DNA of 30,320 nucleotides from Gemmatimonadaceae bacterium (GCA_040902005.1 JBBDYA010000056.1:1688-32007), one strand, 5' to 3'. Shown: positions 15,221-25,347, counted from the stretch's first letter. The notes: a model not told the origin generated them from the sequence alone. Made by a program: numbers and translations.

Positions 15221-16213
15221 ATGGCGGACTTCCGCGAACAGCTCGACGCCCTCCGGGCCACGGAACGGCGCGTCGCGATGGCGACGCTGGTGGGCGCACG
15301 CGGCGGCAGTCCGCGTCCACTGGGGGCCAAGCTGTTCGTCGGCGAGGGGGGCGGGGGGCGGCTGGTCGGTTCGGTGTCCATCGGCGGGTGCGTGGACGCG
15401 CGCGTCGTGGAGCACGGCGACCGCCTGCTGCGCGCCGGTCGCGCGGAGCGCGTGACGGTGAAGGTGGACGACGCGGAGGCGCTGGAACTGGGGCTCGCCT
15501 GCGGCGCGGAGTTCGACCTCCTGATCGAGCCCGTATCGCTCGACGGCACGGATCCCGCCGTCGCCGCGTACGAGTCGGCGGTGGACCTCAGCCGGTCCGG
15601 ACGCGAAGCCTGGGTGGTCACCACGCTGGGCGCGGATGGCACGCCCACGCGTCGCGTGCATGCGGACCGGCACGAGGCGTCGGCGGGGGGGACGGAGTTC
15701 TTCGTCGAACGCTTCGCGCCCGCTGACGCGCTGGTCATTGTGGGCGCGTCGGACGTGGGCGCCGCGCTCGCTCGGCTCGCCCGCGCGCTGGGGATGCGCG
15801 TGATCGTGGTGGACGGGCGCGAGCGGTACGCCACCAGGGAGCGCTTTGCGTCCGCCGACGAGCTGCTGGTGGGCATGCCCGCGGAGCTGGCGCGTCCGTA
15901 CTACCGGGACGGCACGTCGGTGGTGCTCGTCTCGCACGACTACAAGTACGAGCTGCCGATCCTGCGCGAGGCGCTGCGCGCGCCGGTGCGGTTCGTCGGC
16001 ATGCTCGCTGGGCGCAAGCGCGGCGACGCGGTGCGCGCACTGTTGAAGGAGGATGGACTCTCCGACGCGGAGGTCGCGCGACTGCACTCGCCGATCGGGC
16101 TGGACATCGGCGGACGCGAGCCGGAGGAGATCGCGCTCAGCATCGCCGCGCAGCTCGTGGCGGTGCGGGAAGGAAAGCCGCTGGCGCGGCGGGCACAGGA
16201 GGGTGGGCGCTGA
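15221..16213 (+). CDS. xdhC: XdhC/CoxI family molybdenum-cofactor chaperone
   Basis: GSPRPLGAK, GSVSIGGCV, GLACG, VSHD and SPIGLDIGGREPEEIALSIAAQL. Confidence 0.88.
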   Translation: MADFREQLDALRATERRVAMATLVGARGGSPRPLGAKLFVGEGGGGRLVGSVSIGGCVDARVVEHGDRLLRAGRAERVTVKVDDAEALELGLACGAEFDLLIEPVSLDGTDPAVAAYESAVDLSRSGREAWVVTTLGADGTPTRRVHADRHEASAGGTEFFVERFAPADALVIVGASDVGAALARLARALGMRVIVVDGRERYATRERFASADELLVGMPAELARPYYRDGTSVVLVSHDYKYELPILREALRAPVRFVGMLAGRKRGDAVRALLKEDGLSDAEVARLHSPIGLDIGGREPEEIALSIAAQLVAVREGKPLARRAQEGGR

Positions 16214-16590
16214 TGTCACTGCCGTACGGTGCCACGGTGCTCGAGCACTTCCGGCACCCGCGCAACCAGCGACCGCTGGACCAGCCCACCGCGGCGCACG
16301 AGGGATACAACCCACTCTGTGGCGACCGCGTGCGGCTGGAGGTGCGCGTGGAGGCGGGCGCGATCCGCGCGGCGGCGTTCACGGCGAACGCGTGCGCGAT
16401 CTGCACGGCGTCGGCGTCTCTGCTCACGGAGCGGGTGACCGGCGCACTGGTGGCCGACGTGCTCGCGCTCCGCGAGTCGGAGGTCGTCGCCGCGCTGGAC
16501 ACGGAGGTGCCGCCGGCGCGGACTGCCTGCGCGGTGCTTCCGCTTCGGGCGCTGCGCGCGGCGCTGGTCGGCCACAGCGCGCCGGCGTGA
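16213..16590 (+). CDS. SufU/IscU-like Fe-S scaffold or sulfur-transfer protein
   Basis: Y...LEHFRHPRN, NPLCGD, CAICTASAS and RTACAVL. Confidence 0.88.
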   Translation: MSLPYGATVLEHFRHPRNQRPLDQPTAAHEGYNPLCGDRVRLEVRVEAGAIRAAAFTANACAICTASASLLTERVTGALVADVLALRESEVVAALDTEVPPARTACAVLPLRALRAALVGHSAPA

Positions 16591-17183
16591 TCGCGGCGCT
16601 GCTGCTGGCGGCCGGCCTGTCGAAGCGATTCGGCGCGCCGAAGTTGCTGGTCGAGCTGGAGGGCAGGCCGCTGGTGCGGTGGAGCGCGGAGGCGCTTGTC
16701 GAGCGGAGCGGGGGCGAGCCGATTGGCGAAGTGGTCGTCGTCACCGGCCGGGAGGACGCCGCGATCCGGCGCGCGCTGCACGGGCTGGCGGTGCGCTTCG
16801 CGGTCAACGCGACGCCAGAGCAGGGGATGGGCGGTTCGATCGCGTGCGGGATTGCGGCGATGGGAGCAGACGTGCGAGCCGTGGTGATCGCGCTGGCAGA
16901 CGAGCCGAGGCCCAGCCGGTCCGCGCTGGAGCAGGTGGTGAGGCGCTACCTGGCGGGGGAGGGGGGGAGGGGCACGGCGATCGTGGTGCCCACGTTCCGC
17001 GGTGTGCCGGGCCACCCGGTGCTGTTCGATCGGAGCGTGTTCGAGGAACTGCTCCGGCTGCGCGGCGATCGGGGCGCGCGCGAGGTCGTCCAGCGCGACG
17101 CCACCCGCGTCGCCGTCCTCCCGCTGACGGACGAAGCGCCGAACGACGTGGACGTTCCCGGCGATCTCGGCCGATTCGCATAG
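16587..17183 (+). CDS. mocA: Molybdenum cofactor cytidylyltransferase-like nucleotidyltransferase (MocA family)
   Basis: GTG start overlaps the upstream TGA. Motifs LLAAGLSKRFGAPK, GMGGSI, GHPVLF, GDRGAR and DVD. Confidence 0.8.
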   Translation: MIAALLLAAGLSKRFGAPKLLVELEGRPLVRWSAEALVERSGGEPIGEVVVVTGREDAAIRRALHGLAVRFAVNATPEQGMGGSIACGIAAMGADVRAVVIALADEPRPSRSALEQVVRRYLAGEGGRGTAIVVPTFRGVPGHPVLFDRSVFEELLRLRGDRGAREVVQRDATRVAVLPLTDEAPNDVDVPGDLGRFA

Positions 17184-17324
17184 CGGGGGCGTCGTCCAGT
17201 TGCGGTCAGCGGGCGCCGCTGGCATCGTTGCTCGACCTCGCCGCACGCCACCATCGTCACACTGAACCTCCGGGCCACGCCATGATCAGTCGCGCGTACC
17301 TGTCGCTCGCGGCGAGGTAGCGCC

Positions 17325-17642
17325 GTGTCCCAACCGGCGGGCGACACGACCGCCCGGCTCCGTGCCCTCGCGGCCGCGCGCGGCAGGATGGCGGCATCGC
17401 TCACTGCCGCGATGATCGCGATCTACTTCGGGTTCATCCTCCTCATCGCGTTCGGCAGGGACATTCTCGCCCGGCGCGTGGCGCCGGGGCTGAGCGTGGG
17501 CATCCTGCTGGGTGCGCTGGTGATCGTCGCGTCGTGGCTGCTCACGTGGGTGTATGTACGGTGGGCGAACCGCCACTATGACCCCGCCCTCAGGGCGATC
17601 GAGGCGCAGCGCGACGCGGAGCGGGGAACGCCGGCGCCATGA
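17325..17642 (+). CDS. yjcH: DUF485 membrane protein (YjcH-like)
   Basis: Two TM helices, [10 protein letters not shown] and [10 protein letters not shown]. Directly upstream of actP. Confidence 0.88.
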   Translation: MSQPAGDTTARLRALAAARGRMAASLTAAMIAIYFGFILLIAFGRDILARRVAPGLSVGILLGALVIVASWLLTWVYVRWANRHYDPALRAIEAQRDAERGTPAP

Positions 17643-19201
17643 ATCCGCAGACCGCGATCGGGCAGCCGAACACCATGGCCATGGTGTTCTTCTTCCTCTT
17701 CATCGCGATCACCCTCGGCATTACCTGGTGGGCGGCGAAGCGCACGCGCACCACCGAACATTTCTACGCCGCGGGGCGCACCATCACGCCGGCGCAGAAC
17801 GGCTTCGCCCTCGCCGGCGACTACATGAGCGCGGCGTCGTTCCTCGGCATCGCCGGGCTGGTGTCGATGAGCGGCTTCGACGGGTTGATCTACTCCACCG
17901 GGTGGCTGGTGGGATGGCCGGTGGTGCTCTTTCTCATCGCGGAGCCGCTGCGGAACCTGGGCAAGTACACCTTCGCCGACGTCGTCGCCTCGCGCCTGTC
18001 GCAGACGCCGGTGCGCATCGCCGCGGCGATCGGCACCCTGGCGACCGTGATCTTCTACCTCATCGCGCAGATGGTGGGTGCGGGGGGCCTGATCCGGCTG
18101 ATGTTCGGATTGTCATACGAGACGGCCATCGCCATCGTGGGCGCGGCGATGATCGCGTACGTCCTGTTCGGCGGCATGATCGCGACGACCTGGGTGCAGA
18201 TCGTCAAGGCGTTCCTGCTGTTGGGCGGCGCGTTGCTGCTCGCGCTCATGGTCCTCGCGCGGTTCGGATGGAATCCGCTGGCGCTGTTCGCCGCCGCCGC
18301 GGAGCGGTACGGCGCTGCCGTGCTCGAGCCCGGGCAGCTCGTGTCGAATCCGTGGGACGCGATCTCGCTGGGCATGGCCCTGATGTTCGGCACCGCCGGC
18401 CTGCCGCACATTCTCATGCGCTTCTTCACGGTGCCCGACGCGAAGGCCGCGCGCACGTCCGTGTTCTACGCCACGGGACTGATCGGCTTCTTCTACCTGC
18501 TGACGTTCGTGCTGGGGTTTGGCGCGATGGTGCTCGTGGGGCCGGAGCTCATCCGTTCGGTGGACCGTGGCGGCAACATGGCCGCGCCCCTCCTGGCCGA
18601 GCTGCTGGGCGGCACGCCGTTCCTGGGCTTCATCGCCGCGGTGGCCTTCGCGACGATTCTCGCCGTGGTGGCGGGGCTGGCGCTCGCGGGCGCGTCCGCG
18701 CTGTCGCACGACCTGTGGGTGAACGTCGTGCGCCGCGGCAAGACGACCGGCACCGAGGAGCTCAGGGTCGCGCGCGCGGCGACGCTGGTGCTCGGCGTGC
18801 TCGCCGTGCTGCTCGGTATCACGTTCAAGAATCAGAACGTGGCGTTCATGGTCTCGCTGGCGTTCGCGATCGCCGCGAGCGGCAACTTTCCTGCGCTCCT
18901 CCTGTCGATCTTCTGGAAGCGCTTCACCACCGCCGGCGCCGTGTCCTGCATTCTCACGGGCACGATCGGCACGCTGCTGCTCATCTGGCTGTCGCCCACT
19001 ATCCAGGTGGACCTGCTGCACCGCGCGGACGCGCCCTTTCCGCTGAAGAACCCGGCCCTGGTGACGATCCCGCTGGCATTCGCCACGGGCATTCTCGTCT
19101 CGCTCATGAGCCGGCGCGGGGACTCCGACGCGCGCTTCGTCCATCACGAGCGCCGCATGCATCTGGGCAGCAGCGGCGGCAGCGCCGAGACCGCGCCATA
19201 G
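17639..19201 (+). CDS. actP: Cation/acetate symporter (SSS family)
   Basis: [39 protein letters not shown] and FPLKNPALV. Confidence 0.93.
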   Translation: MNPQTAIGQPNTMAMVFFFLFIAITLGITWWAAKRTRTTEHFYAAGRTITPAQNGFALAGDYMSAASFLGIAGLVSMSGFDGLIYSTGWLVGWPVVLFLIAEPLRNLGKYTFADVVASRLSQTPVRIAAAIGTLATVIFYLIAQMVGAGGLIRLMFGLSYETAIAIVGAAMIAYVLFGGMIATTWVQIVKAFLLLGGALLLALMVLARFGWNPLALFAAAAERYGAAVLEPGQLVSNPWDAISLGMALMFGTAGLPHILMRFFTVPDAKAARTSVFYATGLIGFFYLLTFVLGFGAMVLVGPELIRSVDRGGNMAAPLLAELLGGTPFLGFIAAVAFATILAVVAGLALAGASALSHDLWVNVVRRGKTTGTEELRVARAATLVLGVLAVLLGITFKNQNVAFMVSLAFAIAASGNFPALLLSIFWKRFTTAGAVSCILTGTIGTLLLIWLSPTIQVDLLHRADAPFPLKNPALVTIPLAFATGILVSLMSRRGDSDARFVHHERRMHLGSSGGSAETAP

Positions 19202-19944
19202 CATTCGCCGACCACTTCTCGCGGCAGGCGTCCGTCTACGCCACGGCACGCCCCGGATACCCCGACGCGCTGTACGCGTTCGTCGCGTCGCTCGTGCCGC
19301 GGCGGCGCGCGGCGTGGGACTGCGCCACCGGGAGCGGTCAGGCGGCCGTGGACCTGGCTCGCTGGTTCGACCGCGTGATCGCGACGGACGCCAGCGCGGC
19401 GCAGATTGCCCATGCCGCTCCGGCGCCGCGCGTGGAATACCGCGTGGCGAGGGCCGAGTCGTCCGGTCTGGACCCCGCCTCAGTGGACCTCGTGGCGGTG
19501 GCACAGGCGCTCCACTGGCTGGACCACGAGCGGTTTTACGAGGAAGTGCGCCGCGTCACGGTGCCACGCGGGGTCATCGCCGCATGGTCCTACGGATCCT
19601 GCAGCGCCGGGGACGACATCGAGCCGCTGCTGCGCGACTTCGAGTTCGGCACCCTGGCTCCGTTCTGGAACGCGCAGCGCCGGTGGGTGGACGAGCACTA
19701 CCGGACCATCCCCTTTCCGTTCGCGGAAGTCACGGCGCCCGCGTTTCGCATGCGAATGATCTGGACATTGCCCCAGTTTGGGGCGTATCTCAGCAGTTGG
19801 TCCGCCGTCGCGAACTACCGGGACGCGAATGGGCAGGATCCCGTCAGTCCGTTGCTGGAGCACATCGTCAATCACTGGGGACCGCAGGGCGCGACACGGG
19901 AAATCACGTGGCCGCTCGGCGTCCGCGTCGGGAGGATGGAATGA
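19198..19944 (+). CDS. Class I SAM-dependent methyltransferase
   Basis: [29 protein letters not shown] and VAQALHW. Start inferred at ATA 19198, overlapping the actP TAG. Confidence 0.85.
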   Translation: MAFADHFSRQASVYATARPGYPDALYAFVASLVPRRRAAWDCATGSGQAAVDLARWFDRVIATDASAAQIAHAAPAPRVEYRVARAESSGLDPASVDLVAVAQALHWLDHERFYEEVRRVTVPRGVIAAWSYGSCSAGDDIEPLLRDFEFGTLAPFWNAQRRWVDEHYRTIPFPFAEVTAPAFRMRMIWTLPQFGAYLSSWSAVANYRDANGQDPVSPLLEHIVNHWGPQGATREITWPLGVRVGRME

Positions 19945-20894
19945 GAATGGCCGTGCGTTCGTTGATGGTCGTGGTACCGCTGCTGTGCGGGGTCAGCGCG
20001 AGCGCCAGTGCGCAGCGCCAGCCCCTTCCCCTGCCGCCCATCCCCGTGCTGTCCGCCGACGCGCTCGCGGCGCTGGACGAGCTGAGTCCGCGTTTCGCGA
20101 TCGAAGCGGCGCTGACGCAGGGCTGGTTCCGTGATCGGACGGTGCTGTACTACAACTTCGGCGTGGTGCCGGCGCCGGTGATGCCCGCCCGAGTGCTGTG
20201 GCCGATTCACGGCTTCGACGCCCGCGGCAATCCGGTCGCGATGCGCGGACAGCGGCCGATCTTTTCGACGATTCCCGGGTTGCCGGGGTACAGCGGTCTC
20301 TGGCGCCTGGAGTATGTCGTCGTCGCGGACAACGTGCAGCCCAACCATCTCCGCACGGTGGCGTCGGTGGACGACCTCGTGCGACGCGGGCGCGCCAGCA
20401 TCCGGGGGGGGGGCACGTCGCTGGAACTGAACCTTCCCATCGTGCCGCGCGGCTCACGCCTGGAGCGCGATTCCGTGGCCGGGTCGCCGGGCTGGTACGA
20501 AGGGCGCGAGGTGCAGTTCTTCGATTTCGGCGTGGCGAGCACGCGGCCGGCGCCGATGTGGCGCTTTGCGCGCGGCATGGACGTGGACGGCGAACCGGTG
20601 CTGCTCGAGGGGCAGCACAGCATCCTGGACAGCATTCCTACCGCGCCCACGTATCCCGATCTCTGGGACATCCGCTTCGTGCGGGTGGACTCCGCGTATC
20701 AACCCAATTCGCTGAAGAGCGCCGCGGCGCTTCGCAGTGCGCGGGTGGTCGTCGATTCGGCGCGGGTGGTGGCCAACCTGCCGGTCACGATCGTGGATGG
20801 CGCGCCCCTCGCGCGCACGCCCAGTCCGATCACCGTGTTCGCGGACGTGCGATCGCCGTTTCCACCGTCCCCAACCCTGACCCCGAGATTCTGA
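19941..20894 (+). CDS. Secreted protein with two tandem homologous domains
   Basis: ATG overlaps the upstream TGA, followed by a signal peptide. The pattern GW....V.(Y/F)(Y/F).FG...GQ..I...IP....Y..LW...N.L......NLP(I/V) occurs twice. Confidence 0.75.
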   Translation: MRMAVRSLMVVVPLLCGVSASASAQRQPLPLPPIPVLSADALAALDELSPRFAIEAALTQGWFRDRTVLYYNFGVVPAPVMPARVLWPIHGFDARGNPVAMRGQRPIFSTIPGLPGYSGLWRLEYVVVADNVQPNHLRTVASVDDLVRRGRASIRGGGTSLELNLPIVPRGSRLERDSVAGSPGWYEGREVQFFDFGVASTRPAPMWRFARGMDVDGEPVLLEGQHSILDSIPTAPTYPDLWDIRFVRVDSAYQPNSLKSAAALRSARVVVDSARVVANLPVTIVDGAPLARTPSPITVFADVRSPFPPSPTLTPRF

Positions 20895-20925
20895 TCGTTC
20901 GCGTTCCGGCACCAGCCGCCGCCTG

Positions 20926-22305
20926 ATGCTGCCGCGCGTCCTCACGCTGCGCGACCTCGTGCTGTTCAACATGGTCGCGGTGATCGGCTTGCGGTGGCTG
21001 GCGACGTCGGCCAAGGCGGGGCCCGCCGCGCTCGTGCTCTGGGCGCTCGCGGTGATCTTCTTCTTCATCCCGCAGGGACTGGCCGTCAGCGAACTCGCGC
21101 GCCGCTACCCCGATGAGGGGGGCATCTACGCGTGGACCAAGCGCGCGCTTGGCGAGCGGCACGGATTCGTCTGCGGCTGGTGCTACTGGATCTGCAACGT
21201 GCTGTTCTATCCCATGCTCCTGATGAGCATGGCGGTGATCGCGACGTACGCCTTCGGCATGGGCGAGAGCGGACTGGCGTCGCGCTGGTCGTACGTCCTG
21301 GTGGTCACGCTGGGGGCACTCTGGCTGGCGGTGGGGCTCAACATCGTGGGGGTCTCCACGGGGCGGTGGTTGCAGAACGTCGGCGCCGTGGCGACCTACG
21401 TGCCCGGCGTGCTGATCGTGTGCCTCGGCGTGTACGCCGTCGCGATGGGCCAGCCCAGCGCGAACCCGATGACCGCGCGCGCGTTTCTGCCGGACCTCAC
21501 CGACCTTGGATCGTTGAATCTCTGGGCGTCGATCGCGTTCGCCTTTGCCGGTCTGGAGCTGTCGGCGTCCATGGGGGGAGAGATCGCGCGACCCGAGCGC
21601 AACCTGCCGCGGGCCATTCTGGTATCAGCGCCTCTCATCGCGCTCGTGTACATCCTGGGCACCGGGGCGCTCCTCTGGCTCGTGCCGGCCGGGGAGCTGA
21701 ACATCGTCTCGGGGTTGCTTCAGGGCATCGCCGCCGGCGCACAGCACATCTCGCCCGTGCTGCTGTGGCTCGTCCCCTTTTCAGCGGCCGCATACGCACT
21801 GGGGAACATCGGCGGCGTGGGTGCGTGGCTGAGCGGACCGGCCCGTGTGGCCTTCGTGATCGGCCTGGACCGCTACTTCCCGCCCATGTTCGGCCGGGTG
21901 CATCCCAGGTGGGGCACGCCCTATGTGGCGATCCTCACGCAGGCCACGCTCGCGACGGTGTTTCTCCTGCTCTCGGTGCTGGGGCGCGGAACGAAAGTCG
22001 AGACGGTGTATCTGATCCTCCTGGATACCCAGCTGCTGATCTATTTCATCCCGTTCCTCTATCTCTTTCTGTCGCTGGTCATCCTTCGGCGCCGGGACAC
22101 GTCGGACGGGCTCGGGAGCGCACTGCTGATCGGGGGATCCGGCGGCGCGGTCACGCTGTTCGCGATGGTGATTGCGACCATTCCGCCAACCGGCACGGAA
22201 GCGCCGACGCTCTTCTTCCTGAAAGTGGTGGGCGGTGCCGCCGCGTTCGTCGGGTTGGGCGGGGTGCTGTACCTTCGGGCCCGGCGTCAGCCCCGCGCCG
22301 CCTGA
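20926..22305 (+). CDS. APC family amino acid permease
   Basis: About 12 TM segments. Motifs ELARRYPDEGGIYAW, FAFAGLE and HPRWGTPYVA. Confidence 0.92.
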   Translation: MLPRVLTLRDLVLFNMVAVIGLRWLATSAKAGPAALVLWALAVIFFFIPQGLAVSELARRYPDEGGIYAWTKRALGERHGFVCGWCYWICNVLFYPMLLMSMAVIATYAFGMGESGLASRWSYVLVVTLGALWLAVGLNIVGVSTGRWLQNVGAVATYVPGVLIVCLGVYAVAMGQPSANPMTARAFLPDLTDLGSLNLWASIAFAFAGLELSASMGGEIARPERNLPRAILVSAPLIALVYILGTGALLWLVPAGELNIVSGLLQGIAAGAQHISPVLLWLVPFSAAAYALGNIGGVGAWLSGPARVAFVIGLDRYFPPMFGRVHPRWGTPYVAILTQATLATVFLLLSVLGRGTKVETVYLILLDTQLLIYFIPFLYLFLSLVILRRRDTSDGLGSALLIGGSGGAVTLFAMVIATIPPTGTEAPTLFFLKVVGGAAAFVGLGGVLYLRARRQPRAA

Positions 22306-22712
22306 GGGTCGCGGGTGTCCAGTTCGTGCTGAATGCGCTCGCGCTCCGCGGCCATTTCGTCCAGCGTCGGCGTGTTCTCACCCGTGGGCGGCATGCGCCC
22401 GAGCACCGCGTCCCGCGAGGCCGCGAGCACCGCCTCCAATGCCTCGATCCCGTCGTCCGTGGCTTCGTAGAACAGGTCGCTGAGCGCGGCTTCGGCGCGG
22501 CGCAGCTGATCCATGAGCGCCTTCGCGTGCCCCTTTCCGGGCATCACACCGCAGACCTTGGGTGACGCGCGGTTGCCAACGGGGCGGTGCAGCACGACGA
22601 TGGTGCCGCGTTTTCCCGGCTGCATGTAGTACGACTCGACCGGCTTCTTCCGTTGCGGAGCGCCGCGCCGCGATCCGCGTTTCTTCGATGGGTTGGGCCG
22701 TTGCCTCGCCAT
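22287..22712 (-). CDS. Hypothetical protein (basic N-terminus, acidic helical C-terminus)
   Basis: Fills the gap between the permease and the GHL10 gene, with ATG at 22712 and plausible codon usage. Overlaps the permease 3' end by 19 bp, convergently. Confidence 0.6.
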   Translation of the reverse strand: MARQRPNPSKKRGSRRGAPQRKKPVESYYMQPGKRGTIVVLHRPVGNRASPKVCGVMPGKGHAKALMDQLRRAEAALSDLFYEATDDGIEALEAVLAASRDAVLGRMPPTGENTPTLDEMAAERERIQHELDTRDPQAARG

Positions 22713-22779
22713 AACCGTCCGGATCAATAAGGTGAGCCAAATATAGGATGGAGGGGAGGCATCCTCTATCCTCCTACGC

Positions 22780-24279
22780 ATGCGCATCATCGCCGCACTG
22801 CTCGTGCTGCCCGTGACGGCATTCTGCCAGCCGGCGCCTCCCGTGGACACGACACTGCCCCCTCCCGTCCAGCGGGAGTTCAGGGCCCTCTGGGTGGCCA
22901 CCGTCAACAACATGGACTGGCCGTCGCGCCCGGATCTGACCACGGCGGAGCAGCAACGCGAGCTGCTGGCGATTCTCGATCGGGCCGCGGCGCTGAAGAT
23001 GAACGCCATCGTGTTCCAGGTCCGCCCCGAGGCGGACGCGCTCTATGTATCGGAGCTCGAGCCCTGGTCCCGCTACCTCACCGGCCAGCAGGGACGCCCG
23101 CCGTCCCCACTGTGGGATCCGCTGGAGTTCGCGGTGACGGAATCGCGAAAGCGGGGGATGGAGCTGCACGCGTGGTTCAATCCGTACCGACTGGCGTTCT
23201 GGCGGGAGCGGGAACGCTCGGCGCAGCACATCAGCAGCCGGCGTCCCGACCTGGTGAGAACCTACGCGCAATTCCTCTGGCTCGACCCCGGCCTGCGCGA
23301 GTCGCGTTCGCTGATGATGCGCGCGGTGCTGGACGTCGTGCGTCGCTACGACGTGGATGGCGTGCACATCGACGACTACTTCTATCCTTACCCGGAAATC
23401 AGTTCCGCCACCGGGCAGGTCATCGAGTTTCCGGACGCGCCCACGTTCCACGCGTATCAGCGCAACGGAGGTACGCTCTCCCGCGCGGACTGGCGGCGCA
23501 ACAACGTGGACGAGCTCGTGCAGGAGTTCTATCAGGCGGTGAAGGCGGAAAAGCCGTGGGTGAAAGTGGGCATCAGTCCCTTCGGCATCTGGCGTCCCGG
23601 CGTTCCGGCGACGACGACCGCGGGGCTCGACCAGCACAACGAACTCTATGCGGACGTTCGCAAGTGGCTGAACGAGGGCTCGCTGGACTATCTCGCGCCG
23701 CAACTGTACTGGCCGGTGCGTCCCGCGGACCAGAGCTATCCGGTGCTGCTGCGATGGTGGGTGCAGGAGAACCTGAAGGGCAGGCACATCTGGCCGGGGC
23801 TCGCCCTCTACAAGCTGCCGCTCACCGGTCCACGGCGGATGACGGCGGATGACATCGTCGAGGAGATCGGCATCACGCGTGCGACGCCCGGCGCCACGGG
23901 CCACATTCATTTCAACGCGCGCGTGCTCATGAACAACGTGCAGGGCATCGGCGACCGCCTGGCCGCGATCTACGACGAGCCCGCGCTGGTGCCCGCGTCG
24001 CCGTGGCTGGACAGCATCGCGCCGGCCGGACCGAACGTGCGAGTGACGGATTCCACCGGATCCCAGGTTGTTCGATTCGAGGCCCAGCCGGGTGATTCCG
24101 TCTGGCAGTGGGTGGTGCAGGCTCGCCTCGCAGGGGCGTGGCACACGACGGTGCTTCCGCGCTCCCGTGAGAGTCTCATATTGCAGGGTCCACACGCTGC
24201 CGCGGATGCGGTCGCGGTCACGGCAGTGGATCGCACCGGCAACGCCAGCGCCGCCACGGTGGTCCCCCGGCCGCGCTGA
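22780..24279 (+). CDS. Glycoside hydrolase-like family GHL10 (YddW/DigH-like), exported
   Basis: REFRALWVATVNNMDWPS, FQVRP, LHAWFNPYR, YDVDGVHIDDYFYPY, GISPFGIWR and DYLAPQLYW. Confidence 0.92.
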   Translation: MRIIAALLVLPVTAFCQPAPPVDTTLPPPVQREFRALWVATVNNMDWPSRPDLTTAEQQRELLAILDRAAALKMNAIVFQVRPEADALYVSELEPWSRYLTGQQGRPPSPLWDPLEFAVTESRKRGMELHAWFNPYRLAFWRERERSAQHISSRRPDLVRTYAQFLWLDPGLRESRSLMMRAVLDVVRRYDVDGVHIDDYFYPYPEISSATGQVIEFPDAPTFHAYQRNGGTLSRADWRRNNVDELVQEFYQAVKAEKPWVKVGISPFGIWRPGVPATTTAGLDQHNELYADVRKWLNEGSLDYLAPQLYWPVRPADQSYPVLLRWWVQENLKGRHIWPGLALYKLPLTGPRRMTADDIVEEIGITRATPGATGHIHFNARVLMNNVQGIGDRLAAIYDEPALVPASPWLDSIAPAGPNVRVTDSTGSQVVRFEAQPGDSVWQWVVQARLAGAWHTTVLPRSRESLILQGPHAAADAVAVTAVDRTGNASAATVVPRPR

Positions 24280-24298
24280 TGACAGGAGAATGACGGCT

Positions 24299-24826
24299 AT
24301 GGCGAGTATGGTGGTCGCGCGTCCCTCGCAGTCCGAGTACGCGCCCTTTTATGGCGGCTACGTGGCCGCGGTCCCTGACGGCGACTTCCTCGCCCTGCTC
24401 GAGCGGCAGGGCCGGGAGACGATGGCCGCGCTTGGCACCGTCACGGAGGAACGCGCGGGGTTCCGCTATGCGCCGGGCAAGTGGAGCATTCGCGAAGTCA
24501 TGGGGCACCTCACGGACGCGGAGCGTGTCTTCACGTATCGCGCGTTGCACTTTGCCCGCGGCGCCGGCACACCGTTGCCGTCGTTCGACGAGAACGCGTG
24601 GGCAGAGGTCGCAGGCGCCGAGCGGCGAACGCTGTCCGAGCATCTCGCGGAGTTCGCCGCGGTGCGCGCCGCCACGATCGCGCTGTTCCACGGCTTTTCC
24701 GAGGTGGAGTTCGGCCGGTCCGGCACGGCGAGCGGCAATCCCGTGTCGGTGCGCGCGCTCGCGTACATCACGGCCGGACACGAGCGGCATCACCTCACGG
24801 TGCTGCGAGAGAAGTACCGGGTGTAG
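24299..24826 (+). CDS. DinB/YfiT family metal-dependent protein
   Basis: RP..SEYAPFY, YAPGKWSIREVMGHLTDAERVF and AGHERHH. AGGAG RBS at 24284-24288. Confidence 0.9.
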   Translation: MASMVVARPSQSEYAPFYGGYVAAVPDGDFLALLERQGRETMAALGTVTEERAGFRYAPGKWSIREVMGHLTDAERVFTYRALHFARGAGTPLPSFDENAWAEVAGAERRTLSEHLAEFAAVRAATIALFHGFSEVEFGRSGTASGNPVSVRALAYITAGHERHHLTVLREKYRV

Positions 24827-24850
24827 ATCCCACTCAACCACGGAGCGTAC

Positions 24851-25282
24851 ATGCGTCGTCTGCTGCCACTGGTCATCCTCCTTGCCACCACGGCCTGCGC
24901 GGCCCGCGCGCCGGTGGTCGAGTTCCGCCCGCGCGCCGGATCCACGGGGCCGTTCTCCGAAGCGGTTCGCGTGGACGGGCTGCTCTTCCTGTCCGGCATG
25001 CTGGGCACGGATTCCACCGGCCGGCTGGCGCCCGGAGGCGTGGGGCCGGAAACCCAGCAGACGCTGGAGAACATCAAGGCCGCGCTGGAGCGGAACGGCC
25101 TGGGAATGGATCGGGTAGTGAAGTGTACGGTCTTCCTGGCGGACATCGCGGAGTGGGCCGCGATGAATCGCGTGTACGCGACGTACTTCCCGACGAACCG
25201 CCCCGCGCGGTCCGCCGTCGGGGGTGCGGGGCTGGTACGCGGCGCGCGCGTGGAGATCGAGTGCATCGCCGCGATCCAGTGA
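24851..25282 (+). CDS. RidA/YjgF family protein with N-terminal lipoprotein-type signal
   Basis: PFSEAV, LFLSG, VVKCTVFL, MNRVY, PARS and VEIECIA. Leader MRRLLPLVILLATTA-C. Confidence 0.9.
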   Translation: MRRLLPLVILLATTACAARAPVVEFRPRAGSTGPFSEAVRVDGLLFLSGMLGTDSTGRLAPGGVGPETQQTLENIKAALERNGLGMDRVVKCTVFLADIAEWAAMNRVYATYFPTNRPARSAVGGAGLVRGARVEIECIAAIQ

Positions 25283-25347
25283 CGTGAACGAGGGGGGGCG
25301 TCCACACGCCGCGGCCCTGTGATGGATGACGGGGGAGGGGAAGCCGG

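Noticed and set aside
24836..24845. AACCACGGAG matching the element repeat core
   Set aside because: Single copy with no inverted partner. GGAG here is simply the ridA Shine-Dalgarno sequence.
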